Assembly (NCBI GenBank): GCA_951406725.2
Contig: OX597838.1
Span: forward strand, 3,472,001-3,536,000
Reading direction: 5' to 3'
Length of the DNA: 64,000 nt
Source of the DNA: Octopus vulgaris
Lineage: Eukaryota
In this document: in pieces, positions 63,708 through 64,000 of the stretch
Position numbering within the stretch: the stretch's first letter is position 1
How the letters are laid out: each line of letters begins with the position of its first letter
Position numbers and translations under genes: made by a program
The notes under the pieces: model-generated
Seen by the model: the letters and a program-made list of their open reading frames with translations, nothing else
What the model was told of the DNA's origin: nothing
Databases searched by the model: none

Positions 63708-64000
63708 AGATAGATTTCTCTTGAATAGCCGTTTTGAGTCGTTCCATCTGTTGAACATAGAGTTCCGCGTTGACCATTTGGTTCCGTTCAAGCAATTCGT
63801 AATGGATAATTTCTTCCCAGTCCCACCATACGCACAGCATCGTTTTACACAGATGAAGATCCGGGTAATGAAATCTTGTTTGAACGTTGGGAAGAAGTTG
63901 TAAACAACAAGGGTGAATACATTATTGATTAATTAGTTGTTATTTCTTTTATTAAACCTTTTAAAAATTTAAATTTAGAAAAAAACGGCGGGAACTTAGT
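63708..64000 (-). mobile_element. Mariner transposase fragment running to the window edge
   Basis: PDLHLCKTMLCVWWDWEEIIHYELLERNQMVNAELYVQQMERLK. Confidence 0.85.

Overview
Eukaryotic, AT-rich, microsatellite- and SINE-dense genomic DNA, most likely from an octopus (inferred from the repeat families, not directly shown). I assembled two + strand protein-coding genes by hand from GT-AG splice sites and reading-frame continuity. (1) AAAS/aladin, a WD40 nucleoporin: 14 coding exons at 706-21725, with the first exon upstream of the window. (2) A complete legumain (LGMN, asparaginyl endopeptidase, family C13): 13 coding exons at 30986-55764, 446 aa, with intact His and Cys catalytic motifs. Almost all entries in the supplied ORF track are microsatellite or SINE artefacts. 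Introns and intergenic DNA contain tRNA-derived SINEs, fragments of RTE, Tx1/L1, Gypsy and Penelope-like elements, Tc1/mariner relics, MITEs, non-autonomous Helitrons and several minisatellites. The most striking unannotated signal is a high density of minimal type I hammerhead ribozyme motifs. These include one intact sense-strand copy in a legumain intron, a compensatory U3-A8 core variant in a ~340 bp element flanked by direct repeats, and a ~410 bp inverted repeat with a tRNA-like head that carries a hammerhead on each strand. Other notable items are a 39 bp templated inverted insertion bracketing an AAAS exon, a paired MiT/TFE-type motif upstream of legumain, and an element found only inside (TAA)n tracts.
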